The notes: generated by a model not told the origin, from the letters alone. Positions 1 to 9,883 are shown, counted from the stretch's first letter. The stretch is 64,000 bases of DNA from Bdellovibrionales bacterium (GCA_031370005.1 JANMPT010000063.1:1-64000); one strand, 5' to 3'. Numbers and translations: made by a program.

Positions 1-636
1 TTCGCCAAGAATCGCACCGCTTTTGTTAACTAAACGTGCGACGATGTCCCCTGCGGCCTCATCAACATCAATGGAGTAAGATCCCTTCATCAGATCAACT
101 CTTCCCATCTCGCGAAAAACCCCCTCATCAGCTCTGCGAACCTCAATGTGATGCTCATTTGTAACTGCAAGGCCACCTGTAATTTCAATCGATCCGGTCA
201 CGCGTTTTGCTGCTTGCAAATTATGAAGTGGTTCCTCCGCTGGCTCTTGAGCCAACGCCCTGGGTTCACGAACAATATTCTTAAGCCACTCGGCGCTCTT
301 TGCTTCCAAGGTTTCCTGGGCGTTCGTTTTATGAATTACAAAGCCCTCGAGATCACGTCTCTGCGTAAAAACATAGGGGCCCTGCTGTGTTATATTTTCT
401 GGAAGTCCAACCGCGAGATTGTGTTTCGCTTTTTTTTCGAACTCACTCCACTCAGAACTCACCGTGTTCCGGTAGCTTTCTAAATACGCAATATGCGGAG
501 GAAATTTTTTATTGGCTTTAACTATCAGGGTATTATAAATAGGTACAAACTTCAGTCTACCCATTGTTATAGGAAAAGACGAAAGCATCGCAAGTACAAG
601 CATAAGAGTCGGCAGAACGAACAGCTTACCAATCAA
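1..636 (-). CDS. Hypothetical protein, 3'-truncated by the window edge; hydrophobic N-terminus
   Basis: Read by hand: open minus-strand frame from TTG 636 (or ATG 603) to base 1 (LIGKLFVLPTLMLVLAML...GVFREMGRVDLMKGSYSIDVDEAAGDIVARLV). It is missing from the ORF track because there is no stop inside the window. Start uncertain. Confidence 0.7.
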   Translation of the reverse strand, partial: MIGKLFVLPTLMLVLAMLSSFPITMGRLKFVPIYNTLIVKANKKFPPHIAYLESYRNTVSSEWSEFEKKAKHNLAVGLPENITQQGPYVFTQRRDLEGFVIHKTNAQETLEAKSAEWLKNIVREPRALAQEPAEEPLHNLQAAKRVTGSIEITGGLAVTNEHHIEVRRADEGVFREMGRVDLMKGSYSIDVDEAAGDIVARLVNKSGAILGE

Positions 637-685
637 ACATCTACCTCAAATCCAAACTACCTAATTGTCCACTCTTTCATGGTAT

Positions 686-1123
686 TTAATAAGGCCTGAA
701 ATCGTCAATGATGTTGCGGTTGTCACGACTTTGGACAAGTGCTTTTTTTACGTCGCGCGCAATTTTCTCTGCCCTGAGATCGTCCTTCTCCACCACCTGG
801 TATATGCCCTCGTGATCGCGAATTTCGACCACGACTTCGATTTGAACATCATATGGGCGACGATCCCCGAGGATTGTGACGTGAGTAAAAAGACGTTCCC
901 GCGCGCTTTTGACCTGTGCCTCGCTATTTCCTTTGCGATCATAATACACTGAAAGAAGTTCTCGCCCGTTTTCACTTGTAACTCTTGGTTGCCCAATCAC
1001 GGAGGCAATCGCTCTGCGTGTTTCACTGATATTTAATGGTGTTTCGCGCAGAAAGACACCCTCAGTCTGGCACGCCGAGAGAAGAAAGAGCATAAGCAAC
1101 GGCAACAGACCATTTTTTTTCAT
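686..1123 (-). CDS. Putative lipoprotein
   Basis: ORF 686..1153; likely start ATG 1123, MKKNGLLPLLMLFLLSAC, with lipobox LSAC; immediately downstream of tal. Confidence 0.75.
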   Translation of the reverse strand: MKKNGLLPLLMLFLLSACQTEGVFLRETPLNISETRRAIASVIGQPRVTSENGRELLSVYYDRKGNSEAQVKSARERLFTHVTILGDRRPYDVQIEVVVEIRDHEGIYQVVEKDDLRAEKIARDVKKALVQSRDNRNIIDDFRPY

Positions 1124-1124
1124 G

Positions 1125-1772
1125 TTATTTTTTTTGTGCCTTATTCCAATCATCCATAAAAGATTTAATGCCCTTATCCGTCAGTGGATGATGTGTCATC
1201 TGCTGCATGACCTTGAATGGAATTGTCGCAATGTCGGCCCCCATTTCCGCTGCCACTTGAATGTGCATTGGGCTACGAACACTCGCAACCAGGACTTCTG
1301 TATCGAAATCGTAATTGTGATACATCTGAATAATTTGATCGACCACCTCCATACCATCAACACCGATATCATCAAGGCGACCTACAAACGGCGAAACCAT
1401 GCTTGCTCCCGCCTTTGCCGCAAGCAAAGCCTGCATCGGAGAAAACACAAGAGTCACATTCGTGCGAATACCCTCTGCTTTTAGTTTCTTTACGGCAATC
1501 ATTCCGTCTTCACACATCGGAATTTTGACAACAACATTGCTTGCAATTTTTGCAAGCTCAAGTCCTTCGCGAATCATTTCGTCTGACTTTAGACTGATTA
1601 CTTCAGCAGAGACCGGGCCCGAAACCTCTTTGCAGATTTCTTTGATCACCGCAAAAAAATCTTTTCCCGATTTAGCAATCAAAGATGGATTTGTCGTTAC
1701 TCCGTCAACCCAACCGCGCAAATTAGCCTGTTTAATTTCTTCAATTTCTGCCGTATCAATAAAGAACTTCAT
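1125..1772 (-). CDS. tal: Transaldolase (small TalC/Fsa family)
   Basis: [16 protein letters not shown], Schiff-base Lys in VVVKIP, SPFVGR (Phe, the transaldolase-type residue) and VSAEV. GGAGG RBS precedes ATG 1772. Confidence 0.93.
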   Translation of the reverse strand: MKFFIDTAEIEEIKQANLRGWVDGVTTNPSLIAKSGKDFFAVIKEICKEVSGPVSAEVISLKSDEMIREGLELAKIASNVVVKIPMCEDGMIAVKKLKAEGIRTNVTLVFSPMQALLAAKAGASMVSPFVGRLDDIGVDGMEVVDQIIQMYHNYDFDTEVLVASVRSPMHIQVAAEMGADIATIPFKVMQQMTHHPLTDKGIKSFMDDWNKAQKK

Positions 1773-1809
1773 GTTTCCTCCGGTTCCATCACTTGTACGT
1801 CTACCCATT

Positions 1810-2295
1810 CTAAAAATCAACCAGGCTTTTTCCCTGCAGAAAAAACTCGGCGTCTGATGCTGGAAGGGCCATTGCTGCAATCTCAGCGAGTGTCTTTTGA
1901 ATAATGGGATGTTCAAACTGCGGCCAGGCTTCAAAAGCACACCGGACAATCAAAAGATCCGTATGAAGACTGGGGTGTGGCAAAATAAGCTGCGGTGATA
2001 AAACAACCACATTGTCATAAGTTAAAAGTTTGAGCGACGCTTTTTTGTCTTTCATTAGCTGCTGAAAATGCCAAAGAAGTTCATCAACTGCGCAATCCGT
2101 TGAAAAACGAAGGACGGCTTCAATGTCAGCATTAAGATCCACACGATTTTCGCTCAAATACCTTTTATAAATGGATGATGTCGCCAGGGTCTGCCCGAGC
2201 TTTTCCATATTAACGACAAGCTTCCGGGCAATTGCCGTTCCGCCAACGAGGTCTGTGGTTAAGTGCACTAATGTTTGGTGGTTAAAAACTCTCAT
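1810..2295 (-). CDS. FolK/HPPK-fold protein with degenerate active site
   Basis: SSIY, LLTYD, L-ILPHP and E-W-P-FEHP match the HPPK layout; GSN, the Arg loop and DxD are not recognisable. Confidence 0.6.
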   Translation of the reverse strand: MRVFNHQTLVHLTTDLVGGTAIARKLVVNMEKLGQTLATSSIYKRYLSENRVDLNADIEAVLRFSTDCAVDELLWHFQQLMKDKKASLKLLTYDNVVVLSPQLILPHPSLHTDLLIVRCAFEAWPQFEHPIIQKTLAEIAAMALPASDAEFFLQGKSLVDF

Positions 2296-3011
2296 CAGTG
2301 TTCACTATAAAGAACATCGCGCATACTATAGAAGCCTTTTTTCTTTGAATACAGCCATAGGGCTGCTTCCACGGCTCCTCTGGCGAATACCGCTCGATTT
2401 AGGGCTATGTGTTCAAATACAATATGCTCTTCTTCTGCCATAGCATGAACTTTGTGTACTCCAAAAATGCCGCCACCGCGAATTGACAGTGGCTCCGGCA
2501 GTCTGCGCCCCACGGTCTTTTCTAGTCTTTCTTGAAGACTCTTCGCCGTTCCGCTGGGTTTATCTTTTTTGCGATTATGATGAAACTCTTCGATTTGAAA
2601 ATCAAACTGTGGAATTCGCGAAAAAACTTCCAGCGCCTCAGTTATGACAGCAACGCCAAGGCTCATATTTGAGGCCCACAAAAGGGGAATAACTTTTGCC
2701 GCCCTCATTAATGCCGTTTGGTTTGTGGCGGTTAAGCCTGTCGTTCCAGACACGACCGGCGTTTTATTTTTAGTGGCAACCTTTAAAAGGTTGGCTAGAA
2801 GCTCTGGGCCCGAAAAGTCGATCCAAATATCGACCTCCTTTGCCTCTAAACAGCTCGGCGTCGCCCGCGTATATGCAAACTCCGCCAAAGATGCTGAACG
2901 ACAAACTGCGAGGTGAAGTATGAACTCATTTTTTGTTTTTAATATTTCCGTGATCTCTTGACCCATGCGGCCGCTGGCGCCGACTAGGCCAATTTTTATT
3001 TTTTTCTTCAT
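2295..3011 (-). CDS. dapB: 4-hydroxy-tetrahydrodipicolinate reductase
   Basis: GASGRMG, IDFS, GTTG, EFHHNRKKDKPSGTA, RAVFARGA. Confidence 0.96.
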   Translation of the reverse strand: MKKKIKIGLVGASGRMGQEITEILKTKNEFILHLAVCRSASLAEFAYTRATPSCLEAKEVDIWIDFSGPELLANLLKVATKNKTPVVSGTTGLTATNQTALMRAAKVIPLLWASNMSLGVAVITEALEVFSRIPQFDFQIEEFHHNRKKDKPSGTAKSLQERLEKTVGRRLPEPLSIRGGGIFGVHKVHAMAEEEHIVFEHIALNRAVFARGAVEAALWLYSKKKGFYSMRDVLYSEH

Positions 3012-3893
3012 CTAAATAACCCCCAAAAACTTCAATTCTTGTTTCATTTTTTGTGCGGGCTCTTCTGCCATGCTTACAAGTGGTAATCGCAGCTCCGGAG
3101 ATTTAATAATGCCCATATAGTATAGCGCCATCTTCACAGGAATTGGGTTGGCTTCTGCAAAAATATAATTAATTAGCGCCGTGTGCTTTTGAAGACCTGC
3201 TCGCGCCTCTTCAAATTTATTATCAAGCATCAGTTTTTTCCACTGTATCATTTCTTTAGGAATTACATGGGCCGCAACTGAAATTACCCCCTGGCCGCCC
3301 GCCTTTAAAAAATCAACATAGGTTCCATCGTCTCCTGATAAAAGGACAAACCCCGCGCTGGCTTTTTGTTTGATCTCTGTCGCAAATTCAATATTGCCAG
3401 ACGCCTCTTTAATCCCGATTATATTTTGTACTTGGCTTAGCTCACAAATGCTCTCAATCGAAAGTGCTGTAATTGTGCGGCTTGGAACATTGTAAAGAAT
3501 AACAGGGATACTGACTGACTTCGCAATCTCAGTGAAGTGTCTTACAAGTCCACGCTGGGGTGGTTTATTATAGTATGGAACTACAGCAAGGACTGCATCA
3601 GCACCGTATTCCTCTGCTTTTTCAGAAGACTCTTCCGCTTTAGCTGTGCTGTTAGAGCCCACTCCCATAATTAAAGGAAACTGTGGTCCTACAATATTTC
3701 GCGCCGTTTTAAAAAGCACTTCCACTTCTTTTTCTGTAAGTGTCGGGCTTTCAGCGGTTGTGCCATTTATAACAAAACCCTCGACGCCATTTTTTACTTG
3801 ATGGTCAATGAGGGCTCCAAAGGACTGAAGGTCCACTTCTCCATTTATAAAAGGCGTTATCAATGCCGTAATTGTTGCTTTAAAATTTTTCAT
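3012..3893 (-). CDS. dapA: 4-hydroxy-tetrahydrodipicolinate synthase
   Basis: TALITPF, NGTTAES, PYYNKP, LYNVPSRT, GIKEASG, NPIPVK. Confidence 0.97.
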   Translation of the reverse strand: MKNFKATITALITPFINGEVDLQSFGALIDHQVKNGVEGFVINGTTAESPTLTEKEVEVLFKTARNIVGPQFPLIMGVGSNSTAKAEESSEKAEEYGADAVLAVVPYYNKPPQRGLVRHFTEIAKSVSIPVILYNVPSRTITALSIESICELSQVQNIIGIKEASGNIEFATEIKQKASAGFVLLSGDDGTYVDFLKAGGQGVISVAAHVIPKEMIQWKKLMLDNKFEEARAGLQKHTALINYIFAEANPIPVKMALYYMGIIKSPELRLPLVSMAEEPAQKMKQELKFLGVI

Positions 3894-4716
3894 TTGCCAC
3901 CTCACTGAAGTACTGAAATTCCATAACGAATACCGCCTCTCCTGTCAGGAGAGGGCTTTCTAACGTTTCCGTAACTTGGATCACGAGCGCTCCGCCAGGC
4001 ATATGAACGGCAAAATTTTTGTTGCCAGATTTTTTATACTCCACGTACGCGACTGCAACCGCGCCGGTGCCACAAGCTTGAGTATAATCCTCAACTCCGC
4101 GCTCGAAAGTCACAGCTTTGAGAAAACCTTCTTTTTCTTTTGAATAGAATGTAACGTTCGCCCCAATCGGCGCCAGATCATTATGGTAACGTGCCTTTCT
4201 GGCGACCTCCTTGAGTTCAGTAGCGTACTGGTATTTTAAAATTTGCATTACAAGATGCGGCACTCCTGTATTCACAGAGGAAAACGCATATGACTTGCCC
4301 TCAATGGCCAGAGTCTTAATCTCTTGGTAGTCTTTTACTATCGGCATATGAACGCGGACGCTTTTATCCCCAAGAATTTGGGTGATGACAGTGCCGGCAT
4401 CGGTTTTGAATTTATATATACCTGTCGCTGATGGTTTTAAATATTTGTTCGCGAAAAGCGCTGCGCAGCGAGCTGCATTCCCGCACATTTCTGCCTTAGA
4501 GCCATCCGAATTATAGAAGTCCCATTTATAATCATGGTCGATGGCTCCCTCTTGTAAAAACAAGACGCCATCAGCAAAAACACCTAAGGTGCGATTGCAA
4601 ATAAATTTAACAAGCTGCTGGCGCTTGATGTAAAGATCGGCCTTTGTGGCATCCACTAAAACAAAGGTGTTTCCTGCGCCAGACATTTTAACCAACGGAA
4701 TCGGCAAAAAATCCAT
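3880..4716 (-). CDS. dapF: Diaminopimelate epimerase
   Basis: KMSGAGN, EMCGNAARC, NTGVPH, FERGVE, TQACGTG. Confidence 0.96.
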   Translation of the reverse strand: MDFLPIPLVKMSGAGNTFVLVDATKADLYIKRQQLVKFICNRTLGVFADGVLFLQEGAIDHDYKWDFYNSDGSKAEMCGNAARCAALFANKYLKPSATGIYKFKTDAGTVITQILGDKSVRVHMPIVKDYQEIKTLAIEGKSYAFSSVNTGVPHLVMQILKYQYATELKEVARKARYHNDLAPIGANVTFYSKEKEGFLKAVTFERGVEDYTQACGTGAVAVAYVEYKKSGNKNFAVHMPGGALVIQVTETLESPLLTGEAVFVMEFQYFSEVANEKF

Positions 4717-4721
4717 TCACG

Positions 4722-4880
4722 TCACCTTTTTTGATTATTCTTTTTTTCGTCCTTCTTGTTCAGATGGCTCGGTTCTCCGGTCCCAATCGATGGCGGCTCC
4801 CGCGGAGGCAGAGGAGACCCCTTAACGCCGCACGCAGTAATGCCAAAAATAATCAGAGTCGTTAATAGTGCTTTATTCAT
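4722..4880 (-). CDS. Small lipoprotein of the LptM/YifL (LPAM_2-like) type, 52 aa
   Basis: Hand translation: MNKALLTTLIIFGITACGVKGSPLPPREPPSIGTGEPSHLNKKDEKKNNQKR*. It has the lipobox ITAC followed by GVKGSPLPP, overlaps the upstream stop codon, and ends 5 bp before the dapF ATG. Confidence 0.8.
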   Translation of the reverse strand: MNKALLTTLIIFGITACGVKGSPLPPREPPSIGTGEPSHLNKKDEKKNNQKR

Positions 4881-5748
4881 TTGTCCCATTTAAGCTCTTT
4901 GTTGCCGTCTCAACTTCTCCCACTTTACGACAGAGATTCGTGTCTGTCATATACTGTCTATAGAGAGCTGTGGAAATATTTTTACACTCCTTGACGTATT
5001 TCAGGCCGGCCTCTTTTTTTTCGGCCCCTGCCACAGCACGCCAACTCCAATAATATAGTTCTGGGTATTTTGAGTCTAGGCGCTGAAGGCTCGCGAGTAG
5101 TTCTTTTGCCTTAACAAGGCTCTTTTCGTATAGAGCAAGTTCAATTTCGAGACTTAGCCAAAACTTTATCAGATTTGATTTTTTTACGTCAATATCGTCA
5201 CGGGTTTTTTTGAAGTCTTCCCACTGTCCAAGGCAGGCTTGAGCTTGGGCTTGTAGAAGTGTCAGATTCTCATCAAAGGGATCTTGAAGATGTGCTTTTG
5301 TAGCACCGTCCAGTGCGGCGGAGCAGTCTCCTTTAATTAAAACCATTCTCTGTGTTTCTAAAAAAAGAGTTCGATTGTCCGGCTCCATTCTTAGGGCTTC
5401 GTTCATCTTTTGTAATGCTTGAGAAAAATCTGTCCGCCGCAAAGAAAGCGCTAATTCATAAGTTTGCTGGGCCCGATCTGAGTAAAATAGATATGAAACT
5501 CGCTGCAACGCCTTTTTAAGCTCAATGGTGCTTTTGTTTCTGTCGCCCTCTAATTTGATGGCGTTAACGAGAATATTGATCGCCTGGGAGCGGTCTTTTT
5601 GTAGACTGAGATTATAAGCCTTTTCGATAATATCTTTGGCTGTTTCCGATTTTTTCGATTTGCTTTCGGCAGAAACAGCTGGCTGTCCTTGAAAAAAGAA
5701 AAGAGCCGTCCCTACAAGGATGGCTCTTTTTAAAAGAATCAAATTCAT
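4873..5748 (-). CDS. Exported TPR-like helical-repeat protein
   Basis: Signal peptide, then TPR-like repeats (ALQKMNEALRMEPDN, QDPFDENLTLLQAQA). Confidence 0.7.
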   Translation of the reverse strand: MNLILLKRAILVGTALFFFQGQPAVSAESKSKKSETAKDIIEKAYNLSLQKDRSQAINILVNAIKLEGDRNKSTIELKKALQRVSYLFYSDRAQQTYELALSLRRTDFSQALQKMNEALRMEPDNRTLFLETQRMVLIKGDCSAALDGATKAHLQDPFDENLTLLQAQAQACLGQWEDFKKTRDDIDVKKSNLIKFWLSLEIELALYEKSLVKAKELLASLQRLDSKYPELYYWSWRAVAGAEKKEAGLKYVKECKNISTALYRQYMTDTNLCRKVGEVETATKSLNGTNE

Positions 5749-6320
5749 TAATTTTTTCGATATGACTTTAGCTCAATAGTCACGTTGCCGAACTGGCTTG
5801 GCTGGATAGTTTTCAACATTCCAGAAAGCGGAATAAGCTGTGGATTGATCCACGCGTTTGTCTCTTGATTGTTGTCTTTATCTTTAATCCGAGCATGGAT
5901 GCAGTCAAAAGAGCCAGCAGGAACTGTGATGTGGTCTTCAACAACTTCAACAATCTCAATGTTTTGTTTCGGAACTTGCTGTTCTTTTCCATTTACGATC
6001 ATTTTTTTAATTTCGCCTGTATTTGGGTCTAAAAGCATTTGAGCCTGTTGCTTTCCCGCGAAGCCAAGATCCATATCTTGATCTAACCAATAGCCGTCCG
6101 CTACGATCTCACGCATTTTCATGGACATTGACCCTTTAATAAAACCCATATCCAGTGTGTAGTCATTTTGATCGCCAACTTTCCAATCCAAGCCTTGGGT
6201 CTTCGCTTGATCCATGATTGAAGTCTGCTGTGCCTGACTGATTGCTTCGAATAGAGTAGGTGCCGCCTGCGCTTGAGCTGTGAATGCCAACGCTAAAACG
6301 GCGAGAATAGATTTAAACAT
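5748..6320 (-). CDS. Exported beta-rich hypothetical protein (ITVPAGSF motif)
   Basis: Sec signal ending AQAQA; ITVPAGSFDC motif reminiscent of DUF3108-like proteins; AGGAGG RBS. Confidence 0.7.
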   Translation of the reverse strand: MFKSILAVLALAFTAQAQAAPTLFEAISQAQQTSIMDQAKTQGLDWKVGDQNDYTLDMGFIKGSMSMKMREIVADGYWLDQDMDLGFAGKQQAQMLLDPNTGEIKKMIVNGKEQQVPKQNIEIVEVVEDHITVPAGSFDCIHARIKDKDNNQETNAWINPQLIPLSGMLKTIQPSQFGNVTIELKSYRKN

Positions 6321-6392
6321 AATGTCCTCCTTGAACGGTTATTTAAGGATTCCAATCAGATCATGTTCATAAAGGGAGTCAAGATTAGGCTT

Positions 6393-8720
6393 TTACTCTC
6401 GCAGACTATTCACAAGAACTTGACGCGGCTTGCTGCCACTTGCTGGGCCAACCACGCCTTCTTTTTCGAAAATTTCAATGATTCGCGCTGCTCGTGGATA
6501 GCCAAGACGGAATTTTCTTTGTATAAGCGACGCGCTTACCTCTTTTTGATCAGCCGCCCAGAAAAGAATCTCATCATATCTTTCATCATGTTCATGGCCG
6601 CCAAGGCCATCACCGCTTCCGCCTGTGAAGTCACCCTCGCCGCTGCCCCCGCCGGCAAAGCCATCAAGAGCTTTCATTGCCAAGGGATCAAATTCAGGCT
6701 CGGCCTGATCAGACCAAAATTTCGCAACGCCATTAATCTCAGCGTCTTTTAAAAAAGGGCCGTGATGTCGCATTGGTTTTGCAACTCCAGGAGCTAAAAA
6801 TAACATATCCCCATTGGCAAGCAGTCGCTCGGCGCCCATTTCATCTAATATAATACGCGAATCCATTTTTCCCGCCACTTTGAAGCTAATACGACCCGGA
6901 ATGTTTGTTTTAATTAATCCCGTAACAACTTCTTTTCGTGGCGACTGCATTGCCAGCATCAAATGAATGCCGCTAGCGCGAGCCATTTGTGCTAGACGAA
7001 TAATCGTTTGCTCCACGTTGATTTTGTCAACTGCCATCAAGTCTGCAAACTCTTCGACCACGATCATAATATACGGCTGTGGTGTATAATAATATTGGTC
7101 AAGTTTTGCGATGCCTTGATTTTCTAGCTCTTGGTTAAATCTTTCATGCTCCGCAATTTTATCCGCTGAAAGATTCGCAACCATCTCATTAAACTCCTCC
7201 AGCTTGCGCGCTCCAAATCTAGACATGGATTTGTTACGCTTTTCCATCTCCTTGACGGCCCACCGAAGTGCGGAAACCGCCTTTTTTGGATCCGTAACTG
7301 GTGGCATAATCAAGTGTGGTATATGTGCGAATGCTGCCAAATCCACTTGCTTTGGGTCAACCAAAATCAAACGTAAGGTCTTTGGAGAGTGCTTAAATAA
7401 CATTCCCGTAATTGAGGATACTGTGAAAACCGATTTTCCTGAACCGGTCGTGCCTGCCACCAGCAAATGAGGCATTTTGCGAAGATCAACGATTCGTGGC
7501 TCACCGTTGGCCTGCTTACCCAGGGCAATTGGCAACTTCACATCTTCTGACCAGAAGTTGTCCTCAGCAAGCATGTCCTTTAGGTAAACGGTTTCACGTT
7601 GGGCATTTGACGTTTCAATGCCCACGACGTCACGACCTGGAATTGGCGCAATAATACGCAATGATTCACTGCTCAAGGCCAAGGACAAATCATCCGCTAG
7701 CTCAGTAATCTTACTAAGCTTAACGTCTGCATTGGGTTTAAATTCAAACATTGTCACGGCCGGACCAGGCTTCACTGCCACGATTTGACCCTCAACATTG
7801 AACTGCTTAAGCTTGTCTACTAGGAGATCTGCCTTTCTGCGAATCTCTTTCTCATCGACTTTGATGCGCGTTGCTGGCGGATCATCTAACAGAGAAAGTT
7901 TTGGCATTTGCCAATTTGCCACTTTTTGTGGAACACGGGTCTTTAAAACCACCTTACGCTTGGCCTGTGTCATCGTGGCCTGAGTCTCTAAGCCTTCGCC
8001 CTCGGCGCCTTCCACATTCGGTGTGGGCTTTTCCTCAGGTTTTTCCACAAAGTTCTCGCACTTTAAGTTGAAAAAACCGGCGCCCGATGAGTTTTCAAGA
8101 GCTTTTTTTACCTTTTTCTTAGGAGCCTCAGATAAGAATATTTTTTTGCTCCGAAAGGTCTCGCCCCAAATCGCAATAAATTTATAGAGCTCAATGGGAA
8201 TGCGCAGAAGCTCCTTTACAGTTTTCTCGGAATAAAAAACGACTAAAACCGCAGAAAGGCTCCATAGAATAACTTGTACGCCAGCAGAGTTAAAAGCCCT
8301 AAGAAGAGCCTGTGATACGCTTAAGCCAAGCAGTCCTCCCAGGTAAATTTGCTGAGAAAAAATTCTTTTTTCTGGGAGGTATAGGGATAGCAAGCTTGAA
8401 AAATTTATGATCAGTAAGAGGCCCCAAATAAAGCGAACGTTCTTTAGGTCTACGTCTTCACGACAAAATCCGGCATAGGCAAGCTTGACAAGGCCCGCCA
8501 CCAAGAGCCAAGAGCTTAGACCAAAAAATTGATAAAGTAGATCCGACAAGAAGCTTCCCACAATCCCACAATGATTTGACGCCCGGAGGCTCTGTCCCAG
8601 TGAATTAAGTGATGGATCTATTGGATTAAAACTAGCCAGTGCTAAGCCTAAAAAGCACGCGAGACCAAGAAATGAGATTGCCAAAATGTCGTATCGGAAT
8701 TTTTTTAAAATCAGGCTCAT
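6393..8720 (-). CDS. ftsK: DNA translocase FtsK
   Basis: N-terminal TM domain, MPHLLVAGTTGSGKS, RLAQMARASGIH, GAERLL, gamma domain LIQRKFRLGYPRAARI. Confidence 0.97.
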   Translation of the reverse strand: MSLILKKFRYDILAISFLGLACFLGLALASFNPIDPSLNSLGQSLRASNHCGIVGSFLSDLLYQFFGLSSWLLVAGLVKLAYAGFCREDVDLKNVRFIWGLLLIINFSSLLSLYLPEKRIFSQQIYLGGLLGLSVSQALLRAFNSAGVQVILWSLSAVLVVFYSEKTVKELLRIPIELYKFIAIWGETFRSKKIFLSEAPKKKVKKALENSSGAGFFNLKCENFVEKPEEKPTPNVEGAEGEGLETQATMTQAKRKVVLKTRVPQKVANWQMPKLSLLDDPPATRIKVDEKEIRRKADLLVDKLKQFNVEGQIVAVKPGPAVTMFEFKPNADVKLSKITELADDLSLALSSESLRIIAPIPGRDVVGIETSNAQRETVYLKDMLAEDNFWSEDVKLPIALGKQANGEPRIVDLRKMPHLLVAGTTGSGKSVFTVSSITGMLFKHSPKTLRLILVDPKQVDLAAFAHIPHLIMPPVTDPKKAVSALRWAVKEMEKRNKSMSRFGARKLEEFNEMVANLSADKIAEHERFNQELENQGIAKLDQYYYTPQPYIMIVVEEFADLMAVDKINVEQTIIRLAQMARASGIHLMLAMQSPRKEVVTGLIKTNIPGRISFKVAGKMDSRIILDEMGAERLLANGDMLFLAPGVAKPMRHHGPFLKDAEINGVAKFWSDQAEPEFDPLAMKALDGFAGGGSGEGDFTGGSGDGLGGHEHDERYDEILFWAADQKEVSASLIQRKFRLGYPRAARIIEIFEKEGVVGPASGSKPRQVLVNSLRE

Positions 8721-8824
8721 TACAAAAACTTACAGCAGATATTACAATAGGGAAAGCTTTGGGGGTGCAGCCTTGACCTTAGGATATGGTCTGGGTACAA
8801 AGTGCCACGACAAGGGTCCGGAAG

Positions 8825-9475
8825 ATGCTCAAAAATCAGCTGAAAATAAATGAAGTTTTTTATAGTATTCAAGGTGAAACTACTTATGCGGGCAATCCAA
8901 CGGTATTTGTTCGAACCACCGCCTGTAATCTTCGCTGTTCCTATTGTGATACTAAATACTCTTATTATGAGGGCAACAACAAGTCGACCGAAGAGCTCCT
9001 TGAGGTTATTAAATCCTATGAAGCTAAGTTTGTCTGTATTACTGGCGGCGAGCCCTTGCTACAAAGTCCAATACACAACTTTATGGAAGTGCTTTGCGAT
9101 CAAGGCTATATTGTTTCTTTAGAAACTAGTGGCTCAAAAAATATTGAAGCTGTTGACCCTCGCGTAAAAATCATTCTTGACGTAAAAACTCCAGACAGTG
9201 GTGCAGCAAATTCCTTCTTACTAAACAATCTTCGCTTCGCCGCCCCCAGTACGGAGTTTAAGTTTGTCATTTGTTCTGAAAAAGACTTTGAGTGGTCAGA
9301 AAAATTCTGTCGTCAACATGATTTATTTGAAAAATATGTAGTTTTATACAGCCCATCATACGGCCAAATTACTGAACTCTGGTTGGCAGAAAATATTTTG
9401 CAAAAAAAATCATCTGCGAGGTTGCAATTGCAACTCCATAAGTATATTTGGTCTCCTGAAAAGCGCGGAGTATAG
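8825..9475 (+). CDS. queE: 7-carboxy-7-deazaguanine synthase (radical SAM)
   Basis: EVFYSIQGE, CNLRCSYCDT, ITGGEPL, QLHKYIW. Confidence 0.9.
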   Translation: MLKNQLKINEVFYSIQGETTYAGNPTVFVRTTACNLRCSYCDTKYSYYEGNNKSTEELLEVIKSYEAKFVCITGGEPLLQSPIHNFMEVLCDQGYIVSLETSGSKNIEAVDPRVKIILDVKTPDSGAANSFLLNNLRFAAPSTEFKFVICSEKDFEWSEKFCRQHDLFEKYVVLYSPSYGQITELWLAENILQKKSSARLQLQLHKYIWSPEKRGV

Positions 9476-9541
9476 TCAAAAGTCAGAATTAGTTCCTGGC
9501 TTGCGATTTCAGCTAATTTTTAATATGTAATTGGGAGTTCC

Positions 9542-9841
9542 ATGACGCCGAACCTGAACAGTTCAGACAATCTTTTCGTTGCAAACCTTCAATCTGTAAG
9601 CCTAGAGAAGCTCGTTAAGAGCAAACTCGAGGTTTTGTTTTCTCAACAAAAAGAGGCCCAGATTGAGTTGAACGGCCTTTACAATGTTGTTATTGAACAA
9701 GTCGAAAAGCCACTACTCGAACTTGCACTCCGCGCCTATAATGGAAATCAAGTTAAAACTGCACAAATGCTCGGTATTAATCGCAACACTTTGAAAAAGA
9801 AAATCGACAACTACAAAATTCGTGTTAAAAAAAATAATTAG
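9542..9841 (+). CDS. fis: Fis-family DNA-binding protein
   Basis: LYNVVIEQVEKPLL...GNQVKTAQMLGINRNTLKKKI, a Fis-type HTH in a standalone 99-aa protein. Confidence 0.8.
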   Translation: MTPNLNSSDNLFVANLQSVSLEKLVKSKLEVLFSQQKEAQIELNGLYNVVIEQVEKPLLELALRAYNGNQVKTAQMLGINRNTLKKKIDNYKIRVKKNN

Positions 9842-9883
9842 CACTCGTCTTCAGTTAATACTTAGCGTGTCTCAGGAGGGGTT

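Noticed and set aside
148..996. Short plus-strand and alternate-frame ORFs (148..483, 493..699, 665..952, 748..996)
   Set aside because: They are shadows of the minus-strand genes at 1..636 and 686..1123 and carry no motifs.
1773..1949. N-terminal extension of transaldolase in the ORF track
   Set aside because: It overlaps the FolK-like gene; the family start MKFFIDTA has its own RBS at 1772.
8825..9475. queE as part of a 7-deazaguanine DNA-modification (dpd) defence island
   Set aside because: No dpdA, queC, queD or folE neighbours; the context is housekeeping.
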